This document shows, in pieces, positions 36,047-44,733 of a DNA stretch of 44,733 bases; position 1 is the stretch's first letter, and each line of letters opens with the position of its first letter. Below the pieces are notes generated by a model that worked only from the letters and a program-made list of their open reading frames with translations, did no database searches and was not told the origin of the DNA. A program made the translations under genes and the position numbers. The stretch is from assembly GCA_038877255.1 (NCBI GenBank), contig JAVYWZ010000005.1, forward strand, positions 1-44,733, given 5' to 3'. This DNA comes from Candidatus Micrarchaeaceae archaeon. GTDB taxonomy: Archaea > Micrarchaeota > Micrarchaeia > Micrarchaeales > CABMGC01.

Positions 36047-37825
36047 GTGCTCTTCGAAGAGGTTGCGAAATACTATGAAAAGCTAGAGGGCATTTCGTCA
36101 AGGCTCGCAATGGTTGACATGCTTACTGAGATGTTTAAAAAGGCCAAGAGCACCGAGATAAAACAGTTGATTTACTTTACTCAGGGAATGCTTGCTCCGC
36201 CTTTTGCAGGCATTGAGATAGGCATTGCTGCCAAGCTCGCGGAGGAAGCGATAGCAATTGCAACAGGCTATTCTAAGGAAGAGATAAGCGCCGCCTTCAG
36301 GAAGTCAGGCGATCTTGGCATAACAGTAGAAGAATTTATAAAAAATTCTAAACTTAAGCGAATGAGCAAAAGCAAGTTCGATGTAAACGAGGTTTTCAGC
36401 ACGATGCTTCAAATTGCGGGCACTGGCGGTGAAGGCAGCAAAGATGCAAAGATAAAGGCGCTAGCTAACATGCTTGCAAGTTCAAGTCCGATTGAGGCAA
36501 AGTACATAGTGCGCTTCTCTCTCGGAGAGCTCAGGCTTGGCGTCGGTGACGCGACGATACTTGAAGCGCTATCAAAGCTTGTAACAGGAGAGCGTGCCTT
36601 CAAAGAAAAGCTTGAGAATGCATACAACATATGCAGCGATCTTGGCACAGTTGGAGAGGTGCTTGTAAAGGAGGGCACAAAAGCCATAGAAGACTTCAAG
36701 GTATCTCTTTTCAAGCCCATAAGGCCTGCGCTTGCTGAGCGATTGCCTACATCGCAAGAAATCTTTGAGCGCATGCACGGAAAATGTGCAGTAGAGAGCA
36801 AATACGACGGCCTCAGGGCGCAGGTGCACGTTGACAAAAAGGCAAAGCGTGTAGAAATATTCTCCAGAAGGCTAGAGCGCCTTACAGATATGTTCCCTGA
36901 GCTTGTCTCCGCTGCGCTGAACGAGACAAAGGGCGAAAGAATGATATTCGAGGGCGAAGCCATATCATATGATGATACGACAGGGCAGTTCAGGCCTTTC
37001 CAGGAAACTATACAGCGTAAAAGAAAGCACGAAGTAAAGAAGATGAGCGAGGAATTGCCGCTGCACTTGTTCGCGTTCGATCTCATGTACTTCGACGGCA
37101 TCGACTATTTGGGCAAGCCCTATTCTGAAAGGCGCAAGAAGCTTGAAGAATTGGTAAGCGGCACAGGCACCATAAGGCTTTCAGACCGTATAATAGCTAC
37201 TTCTGCAAAAGAGATAGACCGATATTTTGAAGATGTTGTTTCAAATGGTTTGGAAGGCATAGTCGCAAAGGACCTTAATGCAAAATATATAGCAGGCGCA
37301 AGGAAGTTCAGCTGGATAAAGATGAAGAGAAGCTACAAAGGCGAGCTTACCGATACTGTTGATTTAGTAATAGTAGGCTATTACGTCGGCAAAGGCTCTC
37401 GTACCGCCCTTGGGCTTGGCGGTCTTCTTGGTGCTGTCTACAATGACAAAGACGACATGTTCGAAACAATGACAAAGATAGGTACAGGCTTCACTGAGCA
37501 GATGATGCAAGATTTTAAGAAAATGCTTGACAAGATAAAAGTGGCAAAGAAGCCTGCAAGAGTAAAATCCATTATAGAACCTGACTTCTGGGTAGAGCCC
37601 AAATATGTGATAACAGTAAAAGCTGACGAGATAACGAAATCGTCAATACATACTGCAGGTAGGCACGAAGAGAACGGAGTTGAAATTGGGTATGCGCTGA
37701 GGTTTCCAAGAATAGTCGGCGGGGGCATAAGGCAGGACAAGAGCGCTGAGGAAGCAACTACTACAAAAGAGATAATAGAGATGTTCACGCAGCAGCGCAA
37801 GACTAAGCTTAGCGACGCACCATAA
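36047..37825 (+). CDS. lig: ATP-dependent DNA ligase
   Basis: ESKYDGLRAQVH, FSRRLE, EGE, FDLMY, EGIVAK, WIKMK, ALRFPR. GTG start after AGGTGG. Confidence 0.97.
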   Translation: MLFEEVAKYYEKLEGISSRLAMVDMLTEMFKKAKSTEIKQLIYFTQGMLAPPFAGIEIGIAAKLAEEAIAIATGYSKEEISAAFRKSGDLGITVEEFIKNSKLKRMSKSKFDVNEVFSTMLQIAGTGGEGSKDAKIKALANMLASSSPIEAKYIVRFSLGELRLGVGDATILEALSKLVTGERAFKEKLENAYNICSDLGTVGEVLVKEGTKAIEDFKVSLFKPIRPALAERLPTSQEIFERMHGKCAVESKYDGLRAQVHVDKKAKRVEIFSRRLERLTDMFPELVSAALNETKGERMIFEGEAISYDDTTGQFRPFQETIQRKRKHEVKKMSEELPLHLFAFDLMYFDGIDYLGKPYSERRKKLEELVSGTGTIRLSDRIIATSAKEIDRYFEDVVSNGLEGIVAKDLNAKYIAGARKFSWIKMKRSYKGELTDTVDLVIVGYYVGKGSRTALGLGGLLGAVYNDKDDMFETMTKIGTGFTEQMMQDFKKMLDKIKVAKKPARVKSIIEPDFWVEPKYVITVKADEITKSSIHTAGRHEENGVEIGYALRFPRIVGGGIRQDKSAEEATTTKEIIEMFTQQRKTKLSDAP

Positions 37826-38008
37826 ACGCGGGCTTATGCTGCCATTGCCATATACTCATGTAAAATGAATGGAATAGAACTTGCATATATCATACTTATG
37901 TAAAATATTTTTGACAAAAAATGCAAACATATAATATACAGAGAATGCACAAAAGGTATTTAAATTTACTTTTCATATAGGAATCAGGTTTGGCGACCGG
38001 TGAGCAAA

Positions 38009-39055
38009 ATGGTAGACTTCTCTAATCCATTATTAGAGGCAGGAGCACAGCCTAGCAGCAATGTGCCCATGATAAAAATTGTTACAGTAGGAGTAGGCGG
38101 CGGTGGAAACAACACCGTAAATAGATTGCTTAAAGTCGGTGTTAAAGGCACCGACCTTGTAGCTGTCAATACTGACGTGCAGCATTTCAAAATAATTGAC
38201 GACCGCATAAAGAAAATTTTGATAGGAAAGAGCATAACAAGAGGCTTAGGCGCCGGAGGCGACCCGACAATAGGGGCAAAAGCCGCTGAGACCGATAGGC
38301 AACAGCTTGAAGAAGTGCTTGCAGGTGCGCAATTGGTATTTGTCTGCGCAGGCATGGGCGGAGGCACAGGCACAGGCGCTACTCCTGTAATAGCGCAGAT
38401 CGCGAAGGAGCAGGGCGCCATAGTCGTTGCAATGGTAACATATCCTTTCGATTTGGAACGCGTGAGAAAGGTAAAAGCAGAAGATGGCATACAGCAGCTT
38501 AGGAAATACGCTGACAGCGTAATAATACTAGACAACAACAGGCTTGTTAAGCTGGTTCCGAACCTGCCGATGAACGAGGCCTTTGCAGTTGCTGATGATG
38601 TTCTTGCAAAAGCGATAGGTGGGCTTGTATGGACCATAACGCAGCCTAGTCTTATCAACATAGACTTTGCCGATGTGCGCGCAATAATGGGAAGCGGAGA
38701 CGTTGGCTTCATTGCAGTTGGCACTGGCAAGGGCAACGATAAGGTAGCTGCTGCAGCCGAATCGGTAATAAAGAACAAGCTGCTAGACGTTGACTATGAG
38801 AACGCAAAAGGCGCTCTTATACACATAACAGGCGCATCAGATCTTACACTTGGTGACGCAATAAAGGCCGGCGAGCTCATAACAGAGCGCATGGATCCAA
38901 AGGCTAACATCAAGTGGGGTGCAAGGATCGTGCCTGGGTATGAAGGCCAAATAGAAATTGTTGCCATAGTTACTGGCGTCAAGGGCGAGAGCATAGTTGG
39001 CAAGCTGCAGGACAAGGAGAAATTAGAGCCTACAATGGGACTCGACTCGCTTTAG
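38009..39055 (+). CDS. ftsZ: Cell division protein FtsZ (FtsZ2-like), copy 1
   Basis: GVGGGGNN, NTD, GMGGGTGTG, PSLINIDFAD. Start is 38009 or 38000. Confidence 0.96.
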   Translation: MVDFSNPLLEAGAQPSSNVPMIKIVTVGVGGGGNNTVNRLLKVGVKGTDLVAVNTDVQHFKIIDDRIKKILIGKSITRGLGAGGDPTIGAKAAETDRQQLEEVLAGAQLVFVCAGMGGGTGTGATPVIAQIAKEQGAIVVAMVTYPFDLERVRKVKAEDGIQQLRKYADSVIILDNNRLVKLVPNLPMNEAFAVADDVLAKAIGGLVWTITQPSLINIDFADVRAIMGSGDVGFIAVGTGKGNDKVAAAAESVIKNKLLDVDYENAKGALIHITGASDLTLGDAIKAGELITERMDPKANIKWGARIVPGYEGQIEIVAIVTGVKGESIVGKLQDKEKLEPTMGLDSL

Positions 39056-39064
39056 GTGGTCAAT

Positions 39065-40084
39065 ATGCCAGACGAGTTTGATTACGATTCGTTTACGCCA
39101 AAAGTAGCGGTGGTGGGCGTTGGCGGCCAAGGAAGCAACCTTGTCAACAGGCTTTATGCAAATGGCATAAAAAGCGCAGATACAATAGCAATAAATACAG
39201 ACCTTGCGCACCTGAACATGATAAAAGCAAGCAAAAAGCTGCTTATAGGAAAGGAGATAACCAATGGTTTGGGTGCTGGCGGCTTCCCAGAAGTTGCTGC
39301 CAGGTGCGCTGACATAAGCAGGGATGAGATAGAGAAGGTGCTCGAAGGCTATAACCTTGTCTTTGTTGCGGCAGGCATGGGCGGAGGCACAGGCACAGGT
39401 GCATCGCCATTAGTAGCAAGGATTGCAAAAGAGGCAGGCGCTACTGTAATAGGCACAGTCACGTATCCATTCTCCCTTGAGCGTAGCAGGAAGGTGAAAG
39501 CAGAGTGGGGCATACAACAATTAAGCAAAGAGGCTGATGCAGTGATAGTGATTGAGAATGATAAGCTCCTCTCTTATGTGCCAAACCTGCCTATGGAAAA
39601 GGCATTTGAGATTGTTGACAACATAACGGGTAATGCCGTGAAAGGCATAGCCGATACTATAATGTTGCCCAGCCTTATAAATCTCGACTTTGCAGACCTG
39701 AAGACAGTAGTAAGGGATACGGGTACGGCGGTGATAAGCATAGGTACAGGCCAAGGCTCAGACAGGGTCGAGCAGGCAGTAAGGTCAACGCGAACGCATC
39801 CTCTGCTGAGTGTAGAGTACGAAGGCGCAAAGGGCGCTTTGGTGCATGTTTCAGGAGGCGCTAACCTTACAATAAGCGAAGCAACGCGCATAGGCGAGGG
39901 TGTCACCGAAGGATTGGCACCAGATGCCAATGTAATCTTCGGCGCGAGACTCATACCTCAGCTCAATGACCAGATTACTGTAATGTCAGTAATAACTGGC
40001 GTTAAGGCAAAGTTTGGTGAGGCAAGGAAGCAAGAAGAGCGCGCAGAGGTCCTCAAACTGCAGAATATAGACAGAATATTCTAA
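39065..40084 (+). CDS. ftsZ: Cell division protein FtsZ (FtsZ2-like), copy 2
   Basis: GVGGQGSN, NTD, GMGGGTGTG, PSLINLDFAD. Confidence 0.95.
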   Translation: MPDEFDYDSFTPKVAVVGVGGQGSNLVNRLYANGIKSADTIAINTDLAHLNMIKASKKLLIGKEITNGLGAGGFPEVAARCADISRDEIEKVLEGYNLVFVAAGMGGGTGTGASPLVARIAKEAGATVIGTVTYPFSLERSRKVKAEWGIQQLSKEADAVIVIENDKLLSYVPNLPMEKAFEIVDNITGNAVKGIADTIMLPSLINLDFADLKTVVRDTGTAVISIGTGQGSDRVEQAVRSTRTHPLLSVEYEGAKGALVHVSGGANLTISEATRIGEGVTEGLAPDANVIFGARLIPQLNDQITVMSVITGVKAKFGEARKQEERAEVLKLQNIDRIF

Positions 40085-40122
40085 ATTTTGTTTTAGTGTG
40101 GTTGTCTTTTTTATTTTTCCTT
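40085..40122 (+). terminator. T-rich archaeal terminator region after the ftsZ pair
   Basis: Runs of T directly after the stop codon. Confidence 0.45.
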
Positions 40123-40240
40123 CGATTTCTCTGTGCAATTCTATCTTCATAGTGCCTATTCGTGAAACCCAGAGCATTCAGGTCTTTCTTTAAAGACTTG
40201 ATGCAATGAAAAGGCTTGCCAAGCTGAGCAGCGTTTGTAA

Positions 40241-40475
40241 CTCTGCGAGTAGGAAGCCCTGACTTGGCAAGCGCATGAAGCAAGCAAAGTATTTATAGTT
40301 TGATATATCAAAATATGTTGAAAAATCAAGGCAAATAATATGGAAAAAGTAGAAAAGAACAAAGTAATAAGGAAAAAGGCAAGGCAACAAGCAAAGCGAG
40401 CATTGCCGTTGAAGCGAGAAGCTCAAAACAACCAGATGTGGCGTAAGCTAAGTCTGTAAAAGCTTGGTAGTTCAC
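40241..40475 (+). mobile_element. Miniature IS200/IS605-type element, family B, copy 1
   Basis: ctctgcgagtaggaagccctgacttggc...gtatttatagttt...ccgttgaagcgagaagctcaaaa...ggtagttcac. Inverted homolog of 44417-44652. Confidence 0.78.
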
Positions 40476-40515
40476 ATTTCCCTGATAAATCTATTGATAT
40501 TTTGCGTGTGACTTT

Positions 40516-40932
40516 ATGAATGACTTTGGCACTGTTACAAAGAAATCTGTGAAAGAGCTTAGGGAAGGCAGTTATGTGCTTATCGACGGATCGCCTTGCA
40601 AGATTGTGGAGCTTGAAGTTTCATCTCCAGGCAAGCACGGTGCTGCGAAGGTAAGGCTCACTGGTATGGGCATTTTCGACAATCAGAAGAGAACCCTACT
40701 AGAGCCAGGTGATGCTGACGTTGATGTGCCCGAAGTGAAGAAGCGGCGCGCGCAGGTCGTTGCAGTTACTGCAAGCGCTGTGCAACTCATGGACCTTGAA
40801 ACTTATGAAATATACGAAACTAATGCGCAAGAGGAAGAAGTGAAGAAAAGCCTTAAGCCTGGCCAAGAAGTAGAGGTACTTGAAAGCATGGGCAAGCGTA
40901 CTATAACTAGAATAGTTGGAGGAGAAAAATAG
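40516..40932 (+). CDS. eif5a: Translation factor aIF-5A
   Basis: SSPGKHGAAK hypusine motif, VQLMDLETYE. Confidence 0.97.
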   Translation: MNDFGTVTKKSVKELREGSYVLIDGSPCKIVELEVSSPGKHGAAKVRLTGMGIFDNQKRTLLEPGDADVDVPEVKKRRAQVVAVTASAVQLMDLETYEIYETNAQEEEVKKSLKPGQEVEVLESMGKRTITRIVGGEK

Positions 40933-40941
40933 GGTCTTGAA

Positions 40942-41304
40942 ATGGAAATAAACATAATAAGCGACAAGCCTAACAAGCTTTTGGAAAGGCGAGAGATAGA
41001 ATGCAGAGTAAATTATGCAGAGCGCACGCCTTCAAGGCAAGAAGTCAAGAGCGAGCTGGTGCACAAGCTGGCGCTTAAGCCAGAGCTCACAGTAATAGTG
41101 AGCATAAAGCAGGAATACGGGCTCAGATCGAGTATAGTGATCGCGCATGCGTATGACAATGAAAATGCTTTCGGATTTGTGCAGAAGCATCTTCTCGAGC
41201 GCGGCATGAATGTTAAGAAGGAAAAGAAGGAGAACAAAGAGGAGCAGAAAGAAAAAGAGAGCGGCGGTGAAGCGCCTAACGCTGCTGAAGCAAAGCAGGC
41301 GTAA
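40942..41304 (+). CDS. rps24e: Ribosomal protein eS24
   Basis: [12 protein letters not shown], upstream of S27ae. Confidence 0.92.
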   Translation: MEINIISDKPNKLLERREIECRVNYAERTPSRQEVKSELVHKLALKPELTVIVSIKQEYGLRSSIVIAHAYDNENAFGFVQKHLLERGMNVKKEKKENKEEQKEKESGGEAPNAAEAKQA

Positions 41305-41315
41305 GAGGTATTGCT

Positions 41316-41480
41316 ATGGTAGAATCAAAAAAAGCAGAAAAAGCTGAAAAAGCGAAGACAATAAAGGCTTACAAGCCAGCACTGAAGTTCTGTCCGAAGT
41401 GCGGGTCGAGGATGGCAGAGCACGCTGACAGGTTTGCGTGCGGTAAATGTGGCTACACAGAGTGGAAGGAAAAAGAGTGA
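41316..41480 (+). CDS. rps27ae: Ribosomal protein eS31/S27ae
   Basis: Manual translation MVESKK...[27 protein letters not shown] (54 aa, below the ORF-track cutoff). Confidence 0.95.
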   Translation: MVESKKAEKAEKAKTIKAYKPALKFCPKCGSRMAEHADRFACGKCGYTEWKEKE

Positions 41481-41549
41481 GCAGCAAGCAACTAGGCAAA
41501 CAGAGCGAACTGGCCGAATTGAGTAAACAAAGTAAATAAGGTAAAAAAA

Positions 41550-41581
41550 GGAGTAAAAAGCAAATGGAGTAAAAAGCAAAT
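41550..41581 (+). repeat. 16-bp tandem duplication GGAGTAAAAAGCAAAT x2
   Basis: Directly visible just before ATG 41588. Confidence 0.8.
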
Positions 41582-41587
41582 GGGGAA

Positions 41588-42352
41588 ATGGAGCTAAAAA
41601 CGTATTTCATTTATAAGGAGAAAGAGGTAGGCGCAATAAGTACATTAGAAGGCGCATTATCAAAGTTGGGCATTAAAAAATCAAACAGCAGCGCCGACCT
41701 GATTGTTGCAATAGGCGGCGACGGCACATTTCTGCGCGCTGCAGCTAAGTTCAATGAAAGTTTGATTTTGCCGCTAAGATATAAAACGCATTTCGGCACG
41801 CTGCTCAATTATGACTTTGAAAATATGCGCATTCCATTAGAAAAAATATCCTCTGGAAATTTTTTCGTCAAAAGAGAGCCACTAATAGAAGCAAGCGTTA
41901 GCGGCAGGAAATTCCTTAGCGCTGGTGATTTTTACTTTCAAAGAGGCAGAGAAGGCAGTGCCCTTAGGTACAATGTCGTTATTAAAAATGGCAAAAGCAG
42001 TATTCACATAAGCGCAGTAGGAGACGGCTTCATAGTCTGCACACCTCTCGGTTCTACCGGTTATTTCAGCTACTATGATAAGCTTCTCGGAAGAAAGCCC
42101 AGAAGAATACGAGGTTTTGGGTTCGCCCACATATTGCCGTGCAGTATAAGTGCGCGTGACAACAATGGCATTGACATGAAGCCCAAGCTCAAGCTAATGC
42201 TCAAGAACAATTTTGATATAAAGGCCTTTGCTACAAGGCAACTTGACCAGTTCCTATATTCTTCTTCGTTCAAAAGCTACGGAATAAGAATAAAAGCAGG
42301 AGAAGTTATGCATTTCAGGCGCAGCAAGAAAACCATAAAAATACTTATTTAA
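41588..42352 (+). CDS. NAD(+) kinase family protein (divergent)
   Basis: IGGDGTFLRA and GDGFIVCTPLGSTGY. The usual NE motif appears as GD. Confidence 0.8.
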   Translation: MELKTYFIYKEKEVGAISTLEGALSKLGIKKSNSSADLIVAIGGDGTFLRAAAKFNESLILPLRYKTHFGTLLNYDFENMRIPLEKISSGNFFVKREPLIEASVSGRKFLSAGDFYFQRGREGSALRYNVVIKNGKSSIHISAVGDGFIVCTPLGSTGYFSYYDKLLGRKPRRIRGFGFAHILPCSISARDNNGIDMKPKLKLMLKNNFDIKAFATRQLDQFLYSSSFKSYGIRIKAGEVMHFRRSKKTIKILI

Positions 42353-42376
42353 AAGTATTAGATGTTAAGGGCAATT

Positions 42377-42416
42377 TTGTAATGTTGTTGTAATGCTGTT
42401 GTAATGTTGTTGTAAT
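42377..42416 (+). repeat. 11-bp tandem repeat TTGTAATG(T/C)TG, about 3.6 units
   Basis: ttgtaatgttg ttgtaatgctg ttgtaatgttg ttgtaat. Confidence 0.85.
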
Positions 42417-42437
42417 TCATGTTTAGGTAATTGTTTG

Positions 42438-43136
42438 ATGGCTAAAAAGATCGCAAGAAATGCAGCGCAGAAGCAGACACGGAGGGAAAAGATAAGCTTG
42501 GCTCTTGGATTCTCGATTATGTTTTTGTTTGTGGTGCTTGCTCTGCAGATTCCCATAATAATGATGTATTATGCAGGAGTAATAAGCCTTGTTTCTACAA
42601 CATATTGGTCTAGTGCTGCACTTTCTTTCAGTTTCTCAATATCCGCAATACTTTATCTCGTGTTCTTCAAGAGGCAAAGCATAGCAGTGGTACTGCGAAG
42701 CATTGGGCTTGACAAGAAGCGCATTACGCTTAAAATCCTCGGCATAGGCGTTGTGCTCTTCCTTGCGATTTTCGCCCTTGAAGCTGTTGTCACCAGCATA
42801 GAGGCAGTTACACATGTGACTATAAGCACGAATGTTTCAAATGTGTTTTCAGGAGCGCCGCTTTGGTTCTTTGTATTTGCAGCTGTGATAGCTCCAATAA
42901 ACGAGGAGATAATGTTCCGTGGCCTGTTTGTTCCGAGGCTTGGCATAGTAGCAAGCGCAGTGTTGTTTGCAATACCCCATTATGTCTATGGCTCCACATA
43001 CGGCATAGAGGTAATAGCCGCCTTCGTCTTCGCACTGCTTGCAGGCTATATTTACAAGAAGACAGGTTCGCTTTATGCGAGCACGCTGGCGCACATGCTT
43101 GTCAACATATTTGCAGTGATAAGCCTGCTGGTGTAA
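42438..43136 (+). CDS. CPBP (CAAX/Abi) intramembrane metalloprotease
   Basis: APINEEIMFRG, FAIPH, HMLVN. Confidence 0.92.
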   Translation: MAKKIARNAAQKQTRREKISLALGFSIMFLFVVLALQIPIIMMYYAGVISLVSTTYWSSAALSFSFSISAILYLVFFKRQSIAVVLRSIGLDKKRITLKILGIGVVLFLAIFALEAVVTSIEAVTHVTISTNVSNVFSGAPLWFFVFAAVIAPINEEIMFRGLFVPRLGIVASAVLFAIPHYVYGSTYGIEVIAAFVFALLAGYIYKKTGSLYASTLAHMLVNIFAVISLLV

Positions 43137-43144
43137 GTGGTTGC

Positions 43145-43846
43145 ATGCCAGCAAGAATAAAACTCATAGTGCAGGAGCCTAAATATCAACTTAATGTAGG
43201 CTATATAGCGAGAACGGCGAAGAACTTCGGAATAAAAAAACTGTTCTTCGTAAAGCCGCGCACAAACATAACGGGCAAGAAGGCGATTATGTTCTCGAAG
43301 CACGCAGCAGAGCTGCTTAAAAACGCCACAGTGTATAAGAGCATTGCCTCTGCAATTAGCGATTGTGATATCGTAATCGGCACTACTGGTGTTTGGAACA
43401 AAGCAAAATCGCATCACAAGAATGCTCTGCTGATGGAAGACGTGGCAAGATTGATAAGCAAGCGCTGTGATTCTGCGCATAGCTATACAATAGGGTTAGT
43501 GCTGGGCAGGGACGATGCAGGTATGAGCAATGAAGAGCTTGAAGAATGCGACATAATAGCGCACATTCCTACAAGCAAGGATTACCCGACGCTTAACATT
43601 TCTCACGCGCTTGCCATAATGCTATATGAGTTGTTAAAGGCAGGGCTTTCACAGACATATACGGAACGCAGTGCGCGCGCGGCAGGCAGAAAAGAAGTGC
43701 TTCTGCTGTTAAAAGAATTCGATGCGCTTATAAAAGACAAAAAAATAAGAAACAAAAAAGCAATTGAGCATTCATTTAGAAAGCTCATTGCAAATGCAAA
43801 CTTAAACGCGCCAGAGCTACATGCGCTGATTACTGCGCTTAAATGA
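43145..43846 (+). CDS. SPOUT RNA methyltransferase, TrmJ/TrmH family
   Basis: EPKYQLNVGYIARTAKNFG, IGTT, GRDDAGMSNEEL, IPTSKDYPTLNISHA. Start at ATG 43145. Confidence 0.92.
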   Translation: MPARIKLIVQEPKYQLNVGYIARTAKNFGIKKLFFVKPRTNITGKKAIMFSKHAAELLKNATVYKSIASAISDCDIVIGTTGVWNKAKSHHKNALLMEDVARLISKRCDSAHSYTIGLVLGRDDAGMSNEELEECDIIAHIPTSKDYPTLNISHALAIMLYELLKAGLSQTYTERSARAAGRKEVLLLLKEFDALIKDKKIRNKKAIEHSFRKLIANANLNAPELHALITALK

Positions 43847-44224
43847 TTACTGCTCCTGCTTCTTCCTCTTTATTATCTTTACCTTCTGCGGCGTTACTAA
43901 TATTCTAGAGTCGTCTATTTGCGCTATGTCTCCATTTATGCTTGCAACGTATGCCTTCAGCATCGAGATCACATTGCCCCTTGTTGTCGGCCTTTTCGTA
44001 AGCTCATCTATATTGAGCAACAGTATATTGTGCTTCTGCAGCTCGTCCTCAACGAGTTTGACGTCGTCTTCGCTAACGATGCTCACAGGCTTTACATACA
44101 TGTCTGCTGGCTCGTGCAGCACATCTACATCTTCCATCTCGGCCGCGTTCATATACTCTTCTATATTTATGCCTTTCGAAGGGGAAACCCCGAAAGCTTG
44201 GCCCAGTTTATCAAAAACTCCCAT
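43847..44224 (-). CDS. sepF: Cell division protein SepF
   Basis: NILLLNI...INGDIAQI...ILVTP..VKI. GGTGA SD before ATG 44224. Confidence 0.88.
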   Translation of the reverse strand: MGVFDKLGQAFGVSPSKGINIEEYMNAAEMEDVDVLHEPADMYVKPVSIVSEDDVKLVEDELQKHNILLLNIDELTKRPTTRGNVISMLKAYVASINGDIAQIDDSRILVTPQKVKIIKRKKQEQ

Positions 44225-44416
44225 TCTTCTCACCGATCGCCTGTTTTTTCTTTTTCATCATATATTTTTAATACTTTCCTTCAAACTTCTGTAGCTTTCT
44301 CGCACCTATGACGACGAGGAAGAATAAAATTAAGGCGCACGTGCAATGACATGCGCAACCTTAAGTTTTTCAAAATCTTTGCTTGCGATGGCCATTGTGC
44401 GTTATCGGCAAGCTAG

Positions 44417-44652
44417 GTGAACTACCCTGCCCTTGCGGACAGGCTTCCTCCACATCCGCAACTTTTGAGCTTCTCGCTTCAACGGCGATGCTTGCTTCGC
44501 TTGTTGCCTTGCCTTTATCTCATATTCTGCTGTTCTTTTCTGCACTAACCATATTATTTACCTTGATTTTCAACGTTTCTATTATAAAAACTATAAATAC
44601 CTTTGCTCGCTTTCATCCCCTCGCCAAGTCAAGGGACTTCCCGCTCGCAGAG
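44417..44652 (-). mobile_element. Miniature IS200/IS605-type element, family B, copy 2
   Basis: Minus strand reads TTTAA|ctctgcgagcgggaagtcccttgacttggcgaggggatgaaagcgagc...ggaagcctgtccgcaagggcagggtagttcac. Hairpins at both ends and a TCAC terminus. Confidence 0.82.
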
Positions 44653-44733
44653 TTAAAGCAGAGTGCAAGCGCTGCAAGCACAGAAATTTGGAAAACCTAT
44701 GCCAAAGAGCGCATCTTTCAGGAAGGCAACGAA

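Noticed and set aside
37984..38778. Long antisense ORFs (this 264-aa one, also 36409-37101, 23604-24098, 28473-29036 and others)
   Set aside because: Shadow frames opposite conserved genes, with no motifs, SD or promoter support.
38348..39399. 29-nt identity between the two ftsZ genes as gene conversion
   Set aside because: It covers the invariant AGMGGGTGTG motif written mostly with the commonly used codons GCA/GGC/ACA, so it is plausible without conversion.
40340..40459. 39-aa basic ORF inside family B element copy 1 as a real gene
   Set aside because: The homologous frame in copy 2 (ATG 44552) stops after 10 codons because of a 1-nt indel, so coding is not conserved.
42863..43144. N-terminal extension of the TrmJ-like ORF (likewise 33329-33430 for sufC and 5499-5843 for the GT2)
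   Set aside because: These are out-of-frame overlaps with well-supported neighbouring genes. Family similarity starts at the downstream start codon.
1..44733. CRISPR array or cas genes
   Set aside because: No series of three or more equal repeats with unique spacers, and no Cas-like ORF seen.

Overview
Archaeal chromosomal segment. The evidence is Rpo6, eS24, eS31/S27ae, aIF-5A, AglB, an ATP-dependent DNA ligase, geranylgeranyl reductase, TATA-box promoters and GGTGA/GGCGA Shine-Dalgarno motifs. The gene style suggests a DPANN lineage such as Micrarchaeota, but this is inference. Most of the window is housekeeping: lipid/quinone prenyl genes, N-glycosylation genes, a gatCAB-tRNA(Asn)-aspS cluster, an HTH-sufBDCS operon, lig, two tandem ftsZ, sepF and two ABC exporters. 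The accessory signals are as follows. (i) A locus at 19.7-22.5 kb holds a large double Lrp/AsnC regulator with an extra N-terminal domain, a divergent three-small-gene operon that includes a stand-alone RAM-like protein, and two convergent 7-codon micro-ORFs (MGGNGNT and MGGMGQT). Each micro-ORF has its own TATA box and SD, and they lie on a 398-bp-offset duplication. This is the best candidate for an undescribed peptide/regulator system. (ii) There are two families of miniature IS200/IS605-type elements, each in two copies, plus orphan right ends. Several abut TATA boxes. (iii) A transposase pseudogene lies next to a GC-richer ABC cassette. No CRISPR array, rRNA or reverse transcriptase was seen. 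All calls come from reading the sequence by eye; no database searches were run.
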